Shown here: positions 30,228-40,049 of the stretch, piece after piece
Layout of the letters: the number at the start of each line of letters is the position of its first letter
Position numbering within the stretch: the first letter of the stretch is position 1
Assembly: GCA_964371245.1 (NCBI GenBank)
Contig: CAYJKP010000001.1
Span: 53,128-117,127 of the forward strand
Origin: an uncultured Gammaproteobacteria bacterium
GTDB lineage: Bacteria > Patescibacteriota > Patescibacteriia > JAHIZJ01
Direction of reading: 5' to 3'
Length of the DNA stretch: 64,000 nt
Notes under the pieces: generated by a model
What the model saw: only the letters and a program-made list of their open reading frames with translations
Told to the model about the DNA's origin: nothing
Databases searched by the model: none
Made by a program: the position numbers and the translations under genes

Positions 30228-30833
30228 GTGCCGTATTCGGCCGTCTTACAATTGAAAAATCTCGCCTCGGACAAGCCGTCGGTTAAATACTGTACCGCCA
30301 AGCGGGCTGTGGAATTGTCCAAGGAAAAACCGCGCGCCCTCTATCCGAAGCTCGACGTGTTTGTGCCGTTTCTCGACGGCGACAACCGGATTTTCAAATG
30401 GACGGCGATTATAATAATCGGAAATTTAGCGATTGTTGATAAAAACAACCGGATTGACCGGTTGGTTCCGAAACTTATTTCTTTCCTGCATGGCCAAGAA
30501 TTAATCACGGCGGCAAATTCTATCAAAGCACTGGGGCTCATTGCTCAGGCCAAGCCACGGTTCAAGGAAAAAATATTTACCGAGCTTATCGCCGTAGAAA
30601 AAGCGCGGTATTACAATAAAGGCAAGGTATCGCCTGAATGCCGGAACGTGGCGTTGGGACAAGTTATTGATGTGCTGAATGGTTTCAGGGAAGATATAAT
30701 AAGCCGGCGCGATCTGATGGCGTTTGTCAAACGACAGACGAAGAACAGACGGTTGGCGGTCAAGAAAAAGGCTAAAGAGCTTATTCACTTATGTAAAAAA
30801 CCGTGGACGAAAGAAGTCACTGGAAAAAGCTAG
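30228..30833 (+). CDS. hypothetical protein
   Basis: 201-aa ORF, probably alpha-helical repeat. No motif recognised. Confidence 0.45.
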   Translation: MPYSAVLQLKNLASDKPSVKYCTAKRAVELSKEKPRALYPKLDVFVPFLDGDNRIFKWTAIIIIGNLAIVDKNNRIDRLVPKLISFLHGQELITAANSIKALGLIAQAKPRFKEKIFTELIAVEKARYYNKGKVSPECRNVALGQVIDVLNGFREDIISRRDLMAFVKRQTKNRRLAVKKKAKELIHLCKKPWTKEVTGKS

Positions 30834-31348
30834 CCTCTCGCGTTTCTTACAAAAACCCCTATTATCAGATACGGGAAGATGATGTGATCCAACCCGACGG
30901 TAAAAGAGGAAAATATTATCTTATTGATGCCCCGCCATCGGTTTTTATCGTGCCGGTCACGTCAGATAAGAAAATTTGTCTTATTGGCTTATATCGATAT
31001 ACCACCGATACGTATTCATGGGAGGTGCCAGCGGGAGGGATCGACAATGACGGCGTATTAAAAGCGGCAAAACGCGAATTGCTCGAAGAAACTGGTTTAA
31101 AATCAGATAACTGGACCAAGCTGGGAAAATTACAGGCATTTAACGGCCGGTCAAACAATCGGCAATATGTTTTTTTAGCAAATAACGTCAGACAGACGTC
31201 GGATAACAAAAAAAAGGAAGAAGGAATAACAAAGACAAAAAGAGTGACTTATCGCGAGGTGTTATCAATGATAAGACGCAACAAGATAACCGATAGTGAG
31301 TCGATCGCCGCGCTTTTCCTGGCCGGACTTCATCTAAAGCTATTATGA
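30803..31348 (+). CDS. NUDIX hydrolase (ADP-ribose pyrophosphatase-like)
   Basis: Nudix box AGGIDNDGVLKAAKRELLEETGL. Confidence 0.8.
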   Translation: MDERSHWKKLASRVSYKNPYYQIREDDVIQPDGKRGKYYLIDAPPSVFIVPVTSDKKICLIGLYRYTTDTYSWEVPAGGIDNDGVLKAAKRELLEETGLKSDNWTKLGKLQAFNGRSNNRQYVFLANNVRQTSDNKKKEEGITKTKRVTYREVLSMIRRNKITDSESIAALFLAGLHLKLL

Positions 31349-31809
31349 AAAAGCAATCCGCTAAGGCAAAGTCGATGGCAGTCATCGGACTGATCGCACC
31401 GTGCGGCATGAACTGCGGTTTGTGCGCTGCGTATTTGCGCGAAGCGAAGAAATGTCCCGGCTGTCGCGGCGGCAATACCGATAAATCGCCCGCGTGTGTT
31501 CATTGCCGAATCAAAAATTGTCCAAAGCTGAAAAAATCCAAATCGGCGTTCTGCTATGCCTGTGACAGCTTTCCCTGCGATCGGGTAAAACATCTGGATG
31601 CGCGCTACCGGACGAACTATCATATGAGTATGATCGAAAATCTTCAATATATAGAGGACAAGGGTATTGATGCGTTTCTGCACAGTCAAAAAAAGACCTG
31701 GCAATGCCCGACCTGCGGCGGGATGATCTGTTGCCACAACGGGCTGTGTTACAGGTGTGATATAATGAAACTGAAAGCGAAAAAGAGAAAATATCGCTGG
31801 GAAGAATAA
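31345..31809 (+). CDS. Cys-rich DUF3795-like protein
   Basis: Multiple CxxC/CPxC pairs (CGMNCGLC, CPGC, CVHCRIKNC, CPTCGG). Confidence 0.5.
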   Translation: MKKQSAKAKSMAVIGLIAPCGMNCGLCAAYLREAKKCPGCRGGNTDKSPACVHCRIKNCPKLKKSKSAFCYACDSFPCDRVKHLDARYRTNYHMSMIENLQYIEDKGIDAFLHSQKKTWQCPTCGGMICCHNGLCYRCDIMKLKAKKRKYRWEE

Positions 31810-31833
31810 TTATCATTAGCGAAACAATCACGT

Positions 31834-32391
31834 ATGAAAAAATCCTATCAAAACCTCCTCAAGGCCATTGCCGGCGAATCAATGGCCCGAAACAAATATA
31901 CTTATTATGCCGAGATTGCCATGAAAGAAGGCTTCGTCTGGATCGCACGAGTGTTTGAGGAAACGGCTGACAATGAACGCGCCCACGCCCAGGAAGAATT
32001 AGAAAAGTTGCCGGAAAAAACCGAGATGACCAATACCTACGACATTCATCCGCTGGGAACGACGCTGGAAAATCTCCGCAATGCCGAATCAGGCGAACGC
32101 TATGAATTTGGCACGATGTATCCGAATTTCGAAAAAGAGGCGCGCGCCGAAGGCGAGACGGAAATTGCCGTCCTCTTCAAGGAGATCAGCGAAGTCGAGG
32201 AAAAACACGCCGAGCGCTACAAAATTTTGGGCGACAAGCTCGAAGCCGGAACGCTCTACAAAAGCGAAGAGGAAACGGAATGGAAGTGCTTGAACTGCGG
32301 CTATGTGCACAAGGGAAAAAACGCACCGGGCAAATGCCCGGTTTGCCAGAAGCCCCAGGGATATTACATGCAAATCGGCGCGGTCCGATAA
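31834..32391 (+). CDS. rubrerythrin
   Basis: Ferritin-like diiron E..E..H motifs and a C-terminal rubredoxin-like CxxC...CxxC. Confidence 0.85.
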   Translation: MKKSYQNLLKAIAGESMARNKYTYYAEIAMKEGFVWIARVFEETADNERAHAQEELEKLPEKTEMTNTYDIHPLGTTLENLRNAESGERYEFGTMYPNFEKEARAEGETEIAVLFKEISEVEEKHAERYKILGDKLEAGTLYKSEEETEWKCLNCGYVHKGKNAPGKCPVCQKPQGYYMQIGAVR

Positions 32392-32395
32392 TGCC

Positions 32396-32800
32396 ATGGA
32401 TTACGGCGTTTATATCATTATCGGCATAACGATTGCGCTTGTCGTTCCATACTTCATCCGACTAGCCAAGCGCCGGACGTGGGGACAGGCGCTTGGGGAA
32501 TCACAGCGACGCGGGCAGTTCATGGTCAAACTGCCGGCTGATCAGATCCGGGCGAAATTATTGGAACTAGCGAAATCAAAAGGCTATACAATAGAAGAAA
32601 CAAGCGAACTTCAGATCGTTCTCGCCGATCAGCCAACGGCTACCAGCTGGGGATTTTTTTATCCGATAACACTGTCAACGAAGCCAGACGGCACAACGAT
32701 CCTAACGATCGGTATCAAAAGCCGGCTAATGCAATTCGGACCGGTTGTATCGAAGCACCATAAGCGCCTCATGGAGCAGATTACGTCAGCATTCTCATAA
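32396..32800 (+). CDS. hypothetical N-terminally anchored protein
   Basis: ATG at 32396 follows the rubrerythrin stop. One TM helix. The ORF-track start at 32303 lies inside rubrerythrin. Confidence 0.4.
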   Translation: MDYGVYIIIGITIALVVPYFIRLAKRRTWGQALGESQRRGQFMVKLPADQIRAKLLELAKSKGYTIEETSELQIVLADQPTATSWGFFYPITLSTKPDGTTILTIGIKSRLMQFGPVVSKHHKRLMEQITSAFS

Positions 32801-32834
32801 AAATATTTTTCCACACGCTGAGAAGTAGATGTTG

Positions 32835-32857
32835 GGTTATTTTTGAAAAATAACCCA
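32835..32857. repeat. perfect 10-bp inverted repeat GGGTTATTTT-TGA-AAAATAACCC
   Basis: Perfect palindrome in the intergenic spacer. Could be a terminator hairpin or an operator. Confidence 0.5.
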
Positions 32858-33112
32858 AGATACTGCATTTGCGACCGCCGAATCGCCGTTTTTTAGCCAA
32901 AAAATATCTTGACATCAAAAAAACTATTTTACAATTTGTTTGTCTTAACAAAAACGAAAAAAACGTCCTGGCGTTACACTCAACTCGCTACCATAATCAT
33001 TTCAAGGAGAGCGTGCCAGAGAAAAAAGTACAGCGTAGAAAAACTTCAAAGGCGTTTGAAGATATGATATACTGTGAAAAGTAAAAATTTTATCACTAAG
33101 ACCTCTCATTCT

Positions 33113-33766
33113 ATGAAGCGCAAACTTGCTATTCTCGTCGTTGTCCTGGCCATCCTATTGCTTGGAAGCATGCCGTTTTGGGGAAAGAGCAAAAGCAAGC
33201 CAGCGGCTCAGGAATCAGAAGCGGTTCAAGGAGCCAATACCATGACTGTACAAACCGAGCAAGAGCAACTGTCTCAGCTAGCCGAACAGCCGTCCGTCCG
33301 GGTTGAGACAAGTCTGGGCAGTTTCACGATCAAACTCTATACCAAAGTCGCGCCGGAGCTGACCAAGAACTTTCTCGAACTCGCCCGCGGCGGGTATTAC
33401 AACGGGCTGACCTTTCATCGGATCGTACCGGGATTTGTCGTCCAGGGCGGCGATCCGAGCGGCGATGGGACAGGCGGGCACAGCTATCGCGGTGACGGGA
33501 CCGGACTGGCCGACGAGCCCGGGGCGTTAGCCTTAAAGCATTATCGCGGAGCGGTCGCCTGGGCAAAGTCGTCTCTACCGAATTCCATCGGCAGCCAGTT
33601 TTATATCGCCTTAGATGACCTCACGCAATTAGACGGCAGCTACTCGGTCTTTGGCCAAGTGGTTGATGGGCTTGATATTGTTGATCGTATCGCCGCGGCA
33701 AAAACCGACGCCAGCGACCGGCCCGTTGAGCCGATTAAAATGCTGACCGTTACGGTTACCGAATAA
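33113..33766 (+). CDS. peptidyl-prolyl cis-trans isomerase, cyclophilin type, secreted
   Basis: Signal peptide. FHRIVPGFVVQGGDPSGDGTGG cyclophilin signature. Confidence 0.85.
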   Translation: MKRKLAILVVVLAILLLGSMPFWGKSKSKPAAQESEAVQGANTMTVQTEQEQLSQLAEQPSVRVETSLGSFTIKLYTKVAPELTKNFLELARGGYYNGLTFHRIVPGFVVQGGDPSGDGTGGHSYRGDGTGLADEPGALALKHYRGAVAWAKSSLPNSIGSQFYIALDDLTQLDGSYSVFGQVVDGLDIVDRIAAAKTDASDRPVEPIKMLTVTVTE

Positions 33767-33946
33767 ACGTAGACCTGCTTGTCTTGCGGCGTCTAACTGT
33801 GATATAATCGGTTCATCCTGCGCCTGACGCACCACGATGGCTTTGCTTTCGGGGTGCGCGGTCGAGGCCAGGACGGCTAATATCTAATGTGTGCGCTCCA
33901 AAAAAGTTACATATAAACTTTCAACCGCGCACCGGTACAACAACGT

Positions 33947-34237
33947 ATGGCGTCTCAAACGCTCTATGTCGGAAACCTTCCCTACAGTGCCACCGACGAC
34001 CAGCTCAAAGAGCTTTTCGGACAGCACGGCACCGTGAATTCGGCCTCGGTCATTATCGACCGATTTTCAGGCCGGAGCCGCGGGTTCGGCTTTGTCGAAA
34101 TGGGCTCCGAAGAGGAAGCCAGCAAGGCGCTCGAAGCCACCAACGGCTACGAGATGGACGGTCGGGCTCTGAAGGTCAGCATCGCGCGCCCGCGCGAGGA
34201 GAAAAAAGGGGGGTTTGACGGGGATCGCGGTGCCTAA
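33947..34237 (+). CDS. RNA-binding protein with RRM domain
   Basis: RNP2 LYVGNL, RNP1 RGFGFVEM, and a Gly-rich tail. Confidence 0.8.
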   Translation: MASQTLYVGNLPYSATDDQLKELFGQHGTVNSASVIIDRFSGRSRGFGFVEMGSEEEASKALEATNGYEMDGRALKVSIARPREEKKGGFDGDRGA

Positions 34238-34380
34238 AGCAACACGATAGTCCACGACAATAACCATAAAACGGACGTACCTGGTCCGTTTTTTGGCGCC
34301 CGGTGGTTTGACCGAGACGGCGCTTTTCTTCATACTTAGATTGACGTCAGCCGTAATCATTAATAATAACCATAACTCCA

Positions 34381-34722
34381 ATGTCAACCGGAGCCGCCTT
34401 GCACCATCTTCATACTCGAAAAAGAATTTACAAAAATTTGGAAAAATATCCCCATCCGCAGCGACTGAAGAACCTACTGGATCGGTCGATGTACGCAGTC
34501 GGCATTATCATGCCGGTTATGACCATTCCCCAGATCCTGAAAATCTGGCAACAACAGGACGCGGCCAATCTTTCCCTGATCACCTGGGTCGCCTCAGCCT
34601 TATCGGGGTTGTTTTTTCTGGGCTACGCGGTTGTTCATAAAGATAAGCCGCTGGTGGCGGTCTATAGCGCGAGTTTTGTCACCACCTTGGTCGTCGTAAT
34701 TGAAACTATCGTCTTCGGATAA
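34381..34722 (+). CDS. PQ-loop / SemiSWEET-like small membrane protein
   Basis: PQILKIW motif in the first helix of a 3-TM core. The probable true start is MYAVGI at 34489, giving 78 aa. Confidence 0.45.
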   Translation: MSTGAALHHLHTRKRIYKNLEKYPHPQRLKNLLDRSMYAVGIIMPVMTIPQILKIWQQQDAANLSLITWVASALSGLFFLGYAVVHKDKPLVAVYSASFVTTLVVVIETIVFG

Positions 34723-34726
34723 GATA

Positions 34727-35110
34727 ATGACCCGCGAATATTTTGAAGAAAATATCAATGCTGCTATTGCCAGTATCCCGGAGAAAATCAGAGAGCGCTT
34801 TAACAACGTTGCTTTTGTGGTTGAAGACGCCCCGCGCCCAGCGGCGGCGACCGAACGCCTGGTGCGGCGGGGCAGTATCTTGCTGGGCTTGTATCAGGGC
34901 GTGCCCCTGACACGCCGCGGTCCGGGCTACTCCGGCGTGCTGCCTGACAAGATAACGATTTTCCAGCAGGCGATTGAATTTTTGGCGGGTCCCGATGAAC
35001 GCCGCATCGGCGCCCTTATTCATGACGTTGTTCATCATGAGATTGCCCATCATCTTGGATTTTCAGAGCGCGAGGTTCGCGCCTGGGAGCGGAAACGGAA
35101 GAAACCATGA
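34727..35110 (+). CDS. minimal zinc metallopeptidase-like protein (HExxH)
   Basis: HHEIAHHLG motif in an approximately 128-aa protein. Start chosen at MTREYFEE. Confidence 0.5.
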   Translation: MTREYFEENINAAIASIPEKIRERFNNVAFVVEDAPRPAAATERLVRRGSILLGLYQGVPLTRRGPGYSGVLPDKITIFQQAIEFLAGPDERRIGALIHDVVHHEIAHHLGFSEREVRAWERKRKKP

Positions 35111-36309
35111 AAATCAATTTGAAGGATATGAAGAAATTGCGCATCCGACGGAAGAAGAAATCCGGCTGGAAATATTATGGTCGAATCGCCCTGATTCTTC
35201 TGGCGGTCGTGATCGGCGGCGAACTGGTTGCACTGACGGTAGGTTTTTACGCCGTAAAGTGGCACTATACCGATGTGCCCGGAACCGTCGATAGCCGGAG
35301 TGACGTGTATCAAGCCCAGGCCGAGACCATCAAACGTCAACAGGCCCATTTGCCGATCAGCGGCGAGCGACAAATTCCCGAAGCGCAGCTGCTCCGAAAC
35401 GCAATTTTCTGCCAAGTCAATGCCTTAAAGGGGTATGCGCCATTGAACACCAAGCGTATTCTCGAAGCGCAAATCAGTGGCACCAACACGGCCGTGTTGA
35501 CGAATATGATTTTTGCGGTTCAGCTGAGATTGGAAAATCAAACGAACGCCCAAGCCACTCTAAAGCAATGCACGACCGCGCCCGCGAACAGCCGGCCCCA
35601 GCTAGTCGATTCGGCGGTCATCCTCTCGGTGCCCGAAGCGACGCCGAACGCGTTTGCCTGGGCGAATACTGAAGAGTGGCGGATTGTCCGTGAAGCGTTT
35701 ACAAAAGACAAGGATACGGTCCAGCGCGCCGCCGCTGACGCTGGCGTAAACGCTCGGATGATTGTGGCGGTTGGCTTGGTTGAACAATTCCGGTTGTATT
35801 TTACGCAGCGGGAGCTTTTTGAAAAATTCTTCAAGCCTTTGAAGATCCTCGGAAACGCCACCAAGATGGCCATGGGAGTGATGTCGATGAAAGAAAGCTT
35901 TGCCCTCGACATCGAACGACATTTGGGTGAAAGAGGTTCACCATATTATCTCGGTTCCGCGGCTGAACACCAGTTGGATTTTCAAACCAGCGATCCGAGT
36001 GCCGAGCGGTATCGGCGGCTGACGGACGAAAAAAATCACTACTATTCGTACCTCTACGGCGGTCTCGCGTTGGCCCAATACGAAGCGCAGTGGCAGCACG
36101 CCGGGCATGATATTGCCCAGCGGCCGGAGATCCTGGCCACCTTATATAATATTGGTTTTGCCCATTCGAAGCCGAATCCCGTCCCTCAAGTTGGCGGCTC
36201 GGAAATCACCATCAACGGCACGACCTACACGTTCGGCTCGCTCGCCCATGAGTTTTACTATTCCGGAGAACTACTCAATGAATATCCCTACCCATTACCA
36301 GCCAAATAA
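35107..36309 (+). CDS. hypothetical N-terminally anchored protein
   Basis: 400 aa with a basic N-terminus plus one TM helix. No family recognised. Confidence 0.5.
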   Translation: MKINLKDMKKLRIRRKKKSGWKYYGRIALILLAVVIGGELVALTVGFYAVKWHYTDVPGTVDSRSDVYQAQAETIKRQQAHLPISGERQIPEAQLLRNAIFCQVNALKGYAPLNTKRILEAQISGTNTAVLTNMIFAVQLRLENQTNAQATLKQCTTAPANSRPQLVDSAVILSVPEATPNAFAWANTEEWRIVREAFTKDKDTVQRAAADAGVNARMIVAVGLVEQFRLYFTQRELFEKFFKPLKILGNATKMAMGVMSMKESFALDIERHLGERGSPYYLGSAAEHQLDFQTSDPSAERYRRLTDEKNHYYSYLYGGLALAQYEAQWQHAGHDIAQRPEILATLYNIGFAHSKPNPVPQVGGSEITINGTTYTFGSLAHEFYYSGELLNEYPYPLPAK

Positions 36310-36322
36310 TTTGAATAATTAT

Positions 36323-36844
36323 ATGGCATCTATGGGCGATCAAACAACCAATCGAAGCTGGAGAGACGATGGCCTTGTTATTCTCGTTTTGACCTTCTGT
36401 CTGGTGATGGTTGGTATTCAGCTGTTGCTCAGAGATGAGTCAGGGACGGCTGGAAATGTAACGACCGATTCGAACGGCATCCGATTTGAAAGCCTAGTAC
36501 GCGGCTGTAATAGCGACTCGGAAAAAATATCCCGAGAAGTGGGTTTAAACGTTCCCGAAAAAGAAGTCAGTCTAGAAATAGATCGAGCCGCTTTGATCTA
36601 TCGCCGCACGGTTAGCCACGCTTGTTGTCTGACGGTTACGTTGAAACACGAACAGGCGCAGAATGCTATTACCATCGATGAAAAATGGAGCGGAACACCA
36701 TGTCGCTGTCTTTGCACGACCCAGCTTCAAGCTTTATTCACCAATGTCCCGGCCGGGGCGTACACGGTTACCGCGGTTGAGCAAACACCCCAAGGTCAGA
36801 AAAACACGCTGCGACAGCAACAGGTCACTTTCGGGGACGATTGA
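36323..36844 (+). CDS. hypothetical membrane-anchored protein
   Basis: Start chosen after the upstream stop. One TM helix. Confidence 0.4.
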   Translation: MASMGDQTTNRSWRDDGLVILVLTFCLVMVGIQLLLRDESGTAGNVTTDSNGIRFESLVRGCNSDSEKISREVGLNVPEKEVSLEIDRAALIYRRTVSHACCLTVTLKHEQAQNAITIDEKWSGTPCRCLCTTQLQALFTNVPAGAYTVTAVEQTPQGQKNTLRQQQVTFGDD

Positions 36845-36941
36845 ACCGGCATTAAACCCTATACAAAAGAATATTTTTACGTTATGATATAAATGAAAGT
36901 AATCAGATATTTTTGTTTTTATCTAACAAAGTACCAACGAC

Positions 36942-37364
36942 ATGATTTTAAAAGAATGTCAATCGTGCCGCGGCTGTTGCGGGTCGGACGGATACGTCGA
37001 TATTCTGTTGACGCAGAACGATCTCGTCTATATTCCGAAACGGTTGGTGAAAAAAAGCAATTCCTTGTGGAAGTTCAAAAAAAGCCGGACCGGAGTCTGT
37101 TATTTTCTCACGGCCAAGGGCTGTTCGCTGGCTTATAAAAAAAGACCGTTGGACTGCCGTATTTATCCGCTAACCTTCGTTATAGAAAACAGTAAAATAC
37201 AGACGCGAATATTCCGCAGTTGTCCCTTGGCCGGAACAATATCAAAAGAAATTCTGGCTGAGATGAAAAAAGAATTAAGGCGCGGACTGAAGCAGTGGCA
37301 GCCGGAGGAAATCGTAGCATATGCCGGCAGTACAAATACCTGGGCTTGGTTAAAACCGGAATAA
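36942..37364 (+). CDS. YkgJ-family Cys-cluster (putative Fe-S/zinc) protein
   Basis: CQSCRGCCG N-terminal cluster plus downstream Cys residues, typical of UPF0153/YkgJ. Confidence 0.55.
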   Translation: MILKECQSCRGCCGSDGYVDILLTQNDLVYIPKRLVKKSNSLWKFKKSRTGVCYFLTAKGCSLAYKKRPLDCRIYPLTFVIENSKIQTRIFRSCPLAGTISKEILAEMKKELRRGLKQWQPEEIVAYAGSTNTWAWLKPE

Positions 37365-37369
37365 TATAA

Positions 37370-38488
37370 TTGCTAATCAAATCAAAGAATATGCGGAATA
37401 AAAAACGAGCAACCATTCAATCGAAATCGAGAATCAGGTCACTTAATCTAAAAAAACAACTAACGGTCAGCGAACTGGTTAATAATTATTATCAGGCCTA
37501 TAATTCGGCCCGGCTCAATGAAGCCTGCCGCTTGTTGGCTGAGAAAATGCTCGATCCGCGCCGCGACGTCACCGTGGGGCTGACGATTGCCGGCGCGCTG
37601 ACCCCGGCCGGATTATCAGGTGCAGTGGTTTCAATGATGCAGGCTGGTTTCATCGATTTTATCATTTCGACCGGGGCAAATCTATATCATGATATTCATC
37701 ATGCGCTTGACCTGCCTTTGACTAAAGGCGACTTCAAGGTTGATGACCGCGAATTGTTTAAGAAAGATGTCGTTCGCATCTACGATATTTTCTTGAAAGA
37801 AAAAATGCTGCTCGGCACGGATCAGTATTTCCGCAATTTTATCGAGAGCAGCAAGTGTCCGAAAAAGCATATGGCTTCCAGCGAATTTCATTATCGTATC
37901 GGGCGCCATTTACTGAAGCAATCGCCGAATCCGGAACGGTCGATTCTCGCCCAAGCCGCTCGTTTCAATGTTCCGGTCTACACGTCTTCGCCAGGTGATT
38001 CCAGCCTGGGCATGGAATTGGCGCGTTTTTCGCTGGATCAGCCGGGATTGATGATCGATCCGAATCTAGACGTTTTAGAAACCACGGCCATTGTCGCGTA
38101 TGCTAAGGAAAACGGCGTCATTCTGGTCGGCGGCGGCTCACCCAAGAATTTCTATATGCAGACCCAGCCGATGCTCTGGCAATTTTTGAACATGAGCCGC
38201 GGCGGCCACGATTATTTCATTCAGATGACAATGGACTCGCCGCAGTGGGGCGGTCTGTCCGGGGCCACGCCGGGCGAGGCCGTGTCCTGGGGCAAAATAA
38301 ACCCCGAGGAATTAAAAAACACGGTCGTGGTTTATTCAGACTTCACCCTGGCCCTGCCGATTTTATTCACCTATGCCTTTGACCAGGCCAAGCCGCGGAT
38401 CAGAAAAAACCTTTATCTGCATCGCGAGGAGCTGATGAAAAGAATGGAGAAAGAATATCGGAAAAAAAGAACAGTATCGTATCTATAG
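37370..38488 (+). CDS. deoxyhypusine synthase family protein
   Basis: LSGATPGEAVSWGKI matches the conserved DHS GSDSGARPDEAVSWGKI segment. NAD-binding STGANLYHD region. Confidence 0.7.
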   Translation: MLIKSKNMRNKKRATIQSKSRIRSLNLKKQLTVSELVNNYYQAYNSARLNEACRLLAEKMLDPRRDVTVGLTIAGALTPAGLSGAVVSMMQAGFIDFIISTGANLYHDIHHALDLPLTKGDFKVDDRELFKKDVVRIYDIFLKEKMLLGTDQYFRNFIESSKCPKKHMASSEFHYRIGRHLLKQSPNPERSILAQAARFNVPVYTSSPGDSSLGMELARFSLDQPGLMIDPNLDVLETTAIVAYAKENGVILVGGGSPKNFYMQTQPMLWQFLNMSRGGHDYFIQMTMDSPQWGGLSGATPGEAVSWGKINPEELKNTVVVYSDFTLALPILFTYAFDQAKPRIRKNLYLHREELMKRMEKEYRKKRTVSYL

Positions 38489-38504
38489 ACAATAATTTGT
38501 ATTT

Positions 38505-39815
38505 ATGTCAAACGGAAACGCTGCAACAAATCACGTTAAGTCCAGAAAGTTTCTTTTCGTGTCCTGGGAAAGCGTTAGCGGCGATTTAGCTTGGCAGGTC
38601 CAGAAGGAGGGCAATCAGGTGAAAGTTTCGATTGCCAGCAGGGAAGACGAAGATGTGTATGACGGCATTCTGGAAAAGGTTGAAAAGTGGGAGGATTATA
38701 TTGACTGGGCGGACGTGATTATTTTTGACGACATTGATTTCGGTCCGATTGCCGAACGATTAAGGAAAAAGGGTAAACTCGTGGTTGGCGGATCGGTTTA
38801 TACCGACCAGACCGAGAACGATCGTGAATTTGGTCAGAAGGAAATGGAGCGTTTGGGTATGAATGTATTGCCTCATTTTCATTTTGACAATTTTGATGAG
38901 GCAATAGGTTTTCTGAAGAAAAACCCCGGCCGATATGTCATGAAACCGAGCGGGAGCGCGCAAAACGAAAAAAACCTACTGTTTATCGGCGAGGAAGAAG
39001 ACGGCCGTGATTTAATCGAGCTGATCGAGCACAACAAGGTTTCTTGGACCAAGAAGATAAAAAATTTCCAGCTGCAGAAATTCGTCGCCGGCGTGGAAGT
39101 GGCCATCGGTTCGTTCTTCAACGGTCAGAATTTCATTCGCCCGATAAATATTAATTTCGAACACAAGAAGCTGTTTCCGGGCGACCGCGGCCCGTCGACC
39201 TGGGAGATGGGCACGCTCATGTACTGGACGAATACGAGCAAAATTTTTACCAGCACGCTGGCGAAAATGGAGGGAGCACTGGCCGAGAGTGGGTACATTG
39301 GCTACTACGATATTAATTGCATCGCCAACAGTCGCGGAATTTACCCCCTGGAAATTACCGCGCGATTTGGCTATCCCACAATCAGCGTGCAAATGGAAGG
39401 TATCCTCTCGCCGATGGGAGATTTTTTATATGATCTGGCGAGTGGAAAAAATTTCGAGATCAAAACAAAAAAGGGATTTCAAATAGGCTTCGTCGTAGCG
39501 GTGCCGCCGTATCCGTTCAGCAGCGACCGGATATTCTCTATTTACAAAGATTCGTCAATCCTGTTCAAGAATTCTAGTCAGGTTGACGGGTTGCATATCG
39601 GCGACGTGAAAAAAGTGAACGGCGATTTCAAGCTGGCCGGAAATACCGGTTATGCTCTGGTTGTGACTGGTTCAGGTATCACCGTGGAAGAAGCACGGAA
39701 ACAGGTTGAACATCGTTTAAGGAATATACGTTTGCAGGGCATGTTTTATCGAGTTGATATTGGGACGCGCTGGCTGAAGGATAGCGATAAGCTGCAGGCC
39801 TGGGAATACCTCTAG
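38505..39815 (+). CDS. PurD-like ATP-grasp protein (phosphoribosylamine-glycine ligase family)
   Basis: YVMKPSGSAQNEKNLLF (ATP-grasp) and EHKKLFPGDRGPSTWEMG, matching the PurD DHKRVGDKDTGPNTGGMG block. Confidence 0.6.
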   Translation: MSNGNAATNHVKSRKFLFVSWESVSGDLAWQVQKEGNQVKVSIASREDEDVYDGILEKVEKWEDYIDWADVIIFDDIDFGPIAERLRKKGKLVVGGSVYTDQTENDREFGQKEMERLGMNVLPHFHFDNFDEAIGFLKKNPGRYVMKPSGSAQNEKNLLFIGEEEDGRDLIELIEHNKVSWTKKIKNFQLQKFVAGVEVAIGSFFNGQNFIRPININFEHKKLFPGDRGPSTWEMGTLMYWTNTSKIFTSTLAKMEGALAESGYIGYYDINCIANSRGIYPLEITARFGYPTISVQMEGILSPMGDFLYDLASGKNFEIKTKKGFQIGFVVAVPPYPFSSDRIFSIYKDSSILFKNSSQVDGLHIGDVKKVNGDFKLAGNTGYALVVTGSGITVEEARKQVEHRLRNIRLQGMFYRVDIGTRWLKDSDKLQAWEYL

Positions 39816-40049
39816 CTGGATTCCCGCGCTTGACCGGAGGCCAAGAGAAAATTCGAGGCAGGAAATCCTAAATCAGAAACGATAACAATTGTTCAAAATT
39901 AAAATAACCGAAACCGTTTGGAATATTCGAACAAAAAAATTTTGATATTGTTTCAAATATAATGTTTTGAATTTCGGATTTTTTCCAACACGTGAAGGGC
40001 AGAAGCTATTGAGACGTTGTCGATAAAAGATCAAATTAAGCATACGTAA

